From an uncultured Acidobacteriota bacterium (GTDB taxonomy: Bacteria > Actinomycetota > Acidimicrobiia > Spongiisociales > ZC4RG35), in the NCBI GenBank assembly GCA_963720925.1, contig CAVRHE010000011.1, positions 98,798 through 162,797 on the forward strand: DNA of 64,000 bases, read 5' to 3'. This document shows, piece after piece, positions 63,132-64,000 of this stretch. The position numbers and the translations under genes are program-made. Every line of letters starts with the position of its first letter. The stretch's first letter is position 1. The notes under the pieces were generated by a model. It was not told the DNA's origin. It saw only the letters and a program-made list of their open reading frames with translations, and did no database searches.

Positions 63132-64000
63132 ATGGCGCTCATCGTCGCTCTGATCGCAGTGGCCGTCGTGGTCGGGCTGGTGGTTCTCTGGCCCGGTGAA
63201 ACCCCGGAGTTCGACCGATTCGCCTTTGGGTTCGCCGACGAGGTGATACCGGCCACGGTGGAATCGGTCGAGACCGCCCCTTGTAGCTACGCCGCCGAGT
63301 TCGACTGTCAGGCCGTGATCTTCACGGATGGGACCGACACGTTCTCGCAGGAGTTCCCCGACGAGCCCGGGCAGCCGCAATTCGAGTCCGGGGACCCGGT
63401 CTACTTGTCGGTCGTCGTGGCGGAGGACGGGAGCGTGTCGCTCAGCTACTACGACAAGAATCGGGGACCACTGTTGGCGGCCGTGGCCCTCGTATTCGCA
63501 ATCGCCGTGGTCGTACTGGGGCGCATGCGTGGCGTGGCGGCTCTGGTCGGTCTCCTCATCAGCGTCGCCATCCTGATCTGGTTCATAGTTCCGGCGATCA
63601 TCGCCGGCCGTGATGCGGTGATGGTGGCTCTGGTGGGAGGTGGTGCCATCGTGTTGATCTCCCTCTATCTCGCCCACGGCTACACGCCATTGACCCATGT
63701 GGCCGCTGTTGGTGCGTTTGCCGCTCTGACGCTGACCACGGTCCTGTCCTACGTGGTCGTCGAGCTGGCACAGTTCACTGGCCTTGCCAGTGAGGAGGCC
63801 TTCTACCTCCTTGCTTTGCCCGACATCGATCTCTCCGGCTTACTCCTCGCCGGCATCGTTCTCGGTGCCCTCGGTGCCCTCGATGACGTCACTGTCACCC
63901 AGGCGTCAGCCGTGTGGGAGGTCGGAGGGGCAAATCCGGAACTCGTACAGCGAGACCTATTCGACTCCGGTCTTCGGATCGGACGCGACCACATCGCGTC
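63132..64000 (+). CDS. YibE/F-family membrane protein. It is partial because the 3' end lies beyond the window.
   Basis: Frame 0 is open from ATG 63132 to the window end. It is absent from the supplied ORF track because no stop codon is reached. MALIVALIAVAVVVGLVVLWPGE..., multiple TM helices, and the family motif LGALDDVTVTQASAVWE. Confidence 0.7.
   Translation, partial: MALIVALIAVAVVVGLVVLWPGETPEFDRFAFGFADEVIPATVESVETAPCSYAAEFDCQAVIFTDGTDTFSQEFPDEPGQPQFESGDPVYLSVVVAEDGSVSLSYYDKNRGPLLAAVALVFAIAVVVLGRMRGVAALVGLLISVAILIWFIVPAIIAGRDAVMVALVGGGAIVLISLYLAHGYTPLTHVAAVGAFAALTLTTVLSYVVVELAQFTGLASEEAFYLLALPDIDLSGLLLAGIVLGALGALDDVTVTQASAVWEVGGANPELVQRDLFDSGLRIGRDHIA

Noticed and set aside
62862-63698. 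278-aa minus-strand ORF
   Set aside because: The + strand frame 0 from 63132 to the window end encodes a clean YibE/F membrane protein. The supplied ORF track lacks it only because no stop is reached. The minus ORF is its antisense.

Overview
This 64 kb window is high-GC (about 68-70 %) and actinobacterial in character, densely coding on both strands. I found no rRNA, tRNA, CRISPR array, transposase or integrase.

Gene content, in order:
- 1-1.8 kb: an ECF sigma K / anti-sigma K pair (sigK-rskA).
- 1.8-5.2 kb: a degraded glucose-6-phosphate dehydrogenase, then a minus-strand dehydrogenase, cupin and hydratase operon.
- 5.3-7.4 kb: a luciferase-like monooxygenase, an FMN reductase and a small deazaflavin-type reductase.
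- 7.4-8.9 kb: an MPT83-like lipoprotein carrying two peptidoglycan-binding domains and a fasciclin domain.
- 8.9-10.2 kb: a DUF222/HNH endonuclease.
- 10.7-12.2 kb: a stand-alone NqrB/RnfD-like membrane protein.
- 17.5-28.2 kb: a xylose locus. It has a ROK (XylR-like) regulator, two sugar ABC transporters, xylulokinase (xylB) and a class II xylose isomerase (xylA). Almost every gene in it carries frameshifts.
- 28.5 and 42.7 kb: two secreted proteins with unusual SLH-like 'GCNPP' repeats, one fused to a beta-lactamase-like domain.
- 31.5-33.4 kb: an ECF sigma, a membrane protein and a LiaF-like protein, next to an intact clpB.
- 36.4-38.6 kb: a glycosyltransferase plus glycosidase-like gene pair bracketed by 29-bp direct repeats.
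- 46.5-57.7 kb: housekeeping genes, including an aldo/keto reductase, an aminotransferase, an intact gltB and homoserine dehydrogenase.
- 57.98-62.4 kb: a clear SAM-I riboswitch ahead of a metH-metF operon.

The most striking pattern is the uneven distribution of frameshifts. About 20 genes are interrupted, yet clpB (2.6 kb) and gltB (4.4 kb) are perfectly intact. This points either to real gene decay in the accessory and sugar-utilisation regions or to locally poor assembly.

All calls come from reading the six-frame translations and recognising family motifs by eye. No database search was run.
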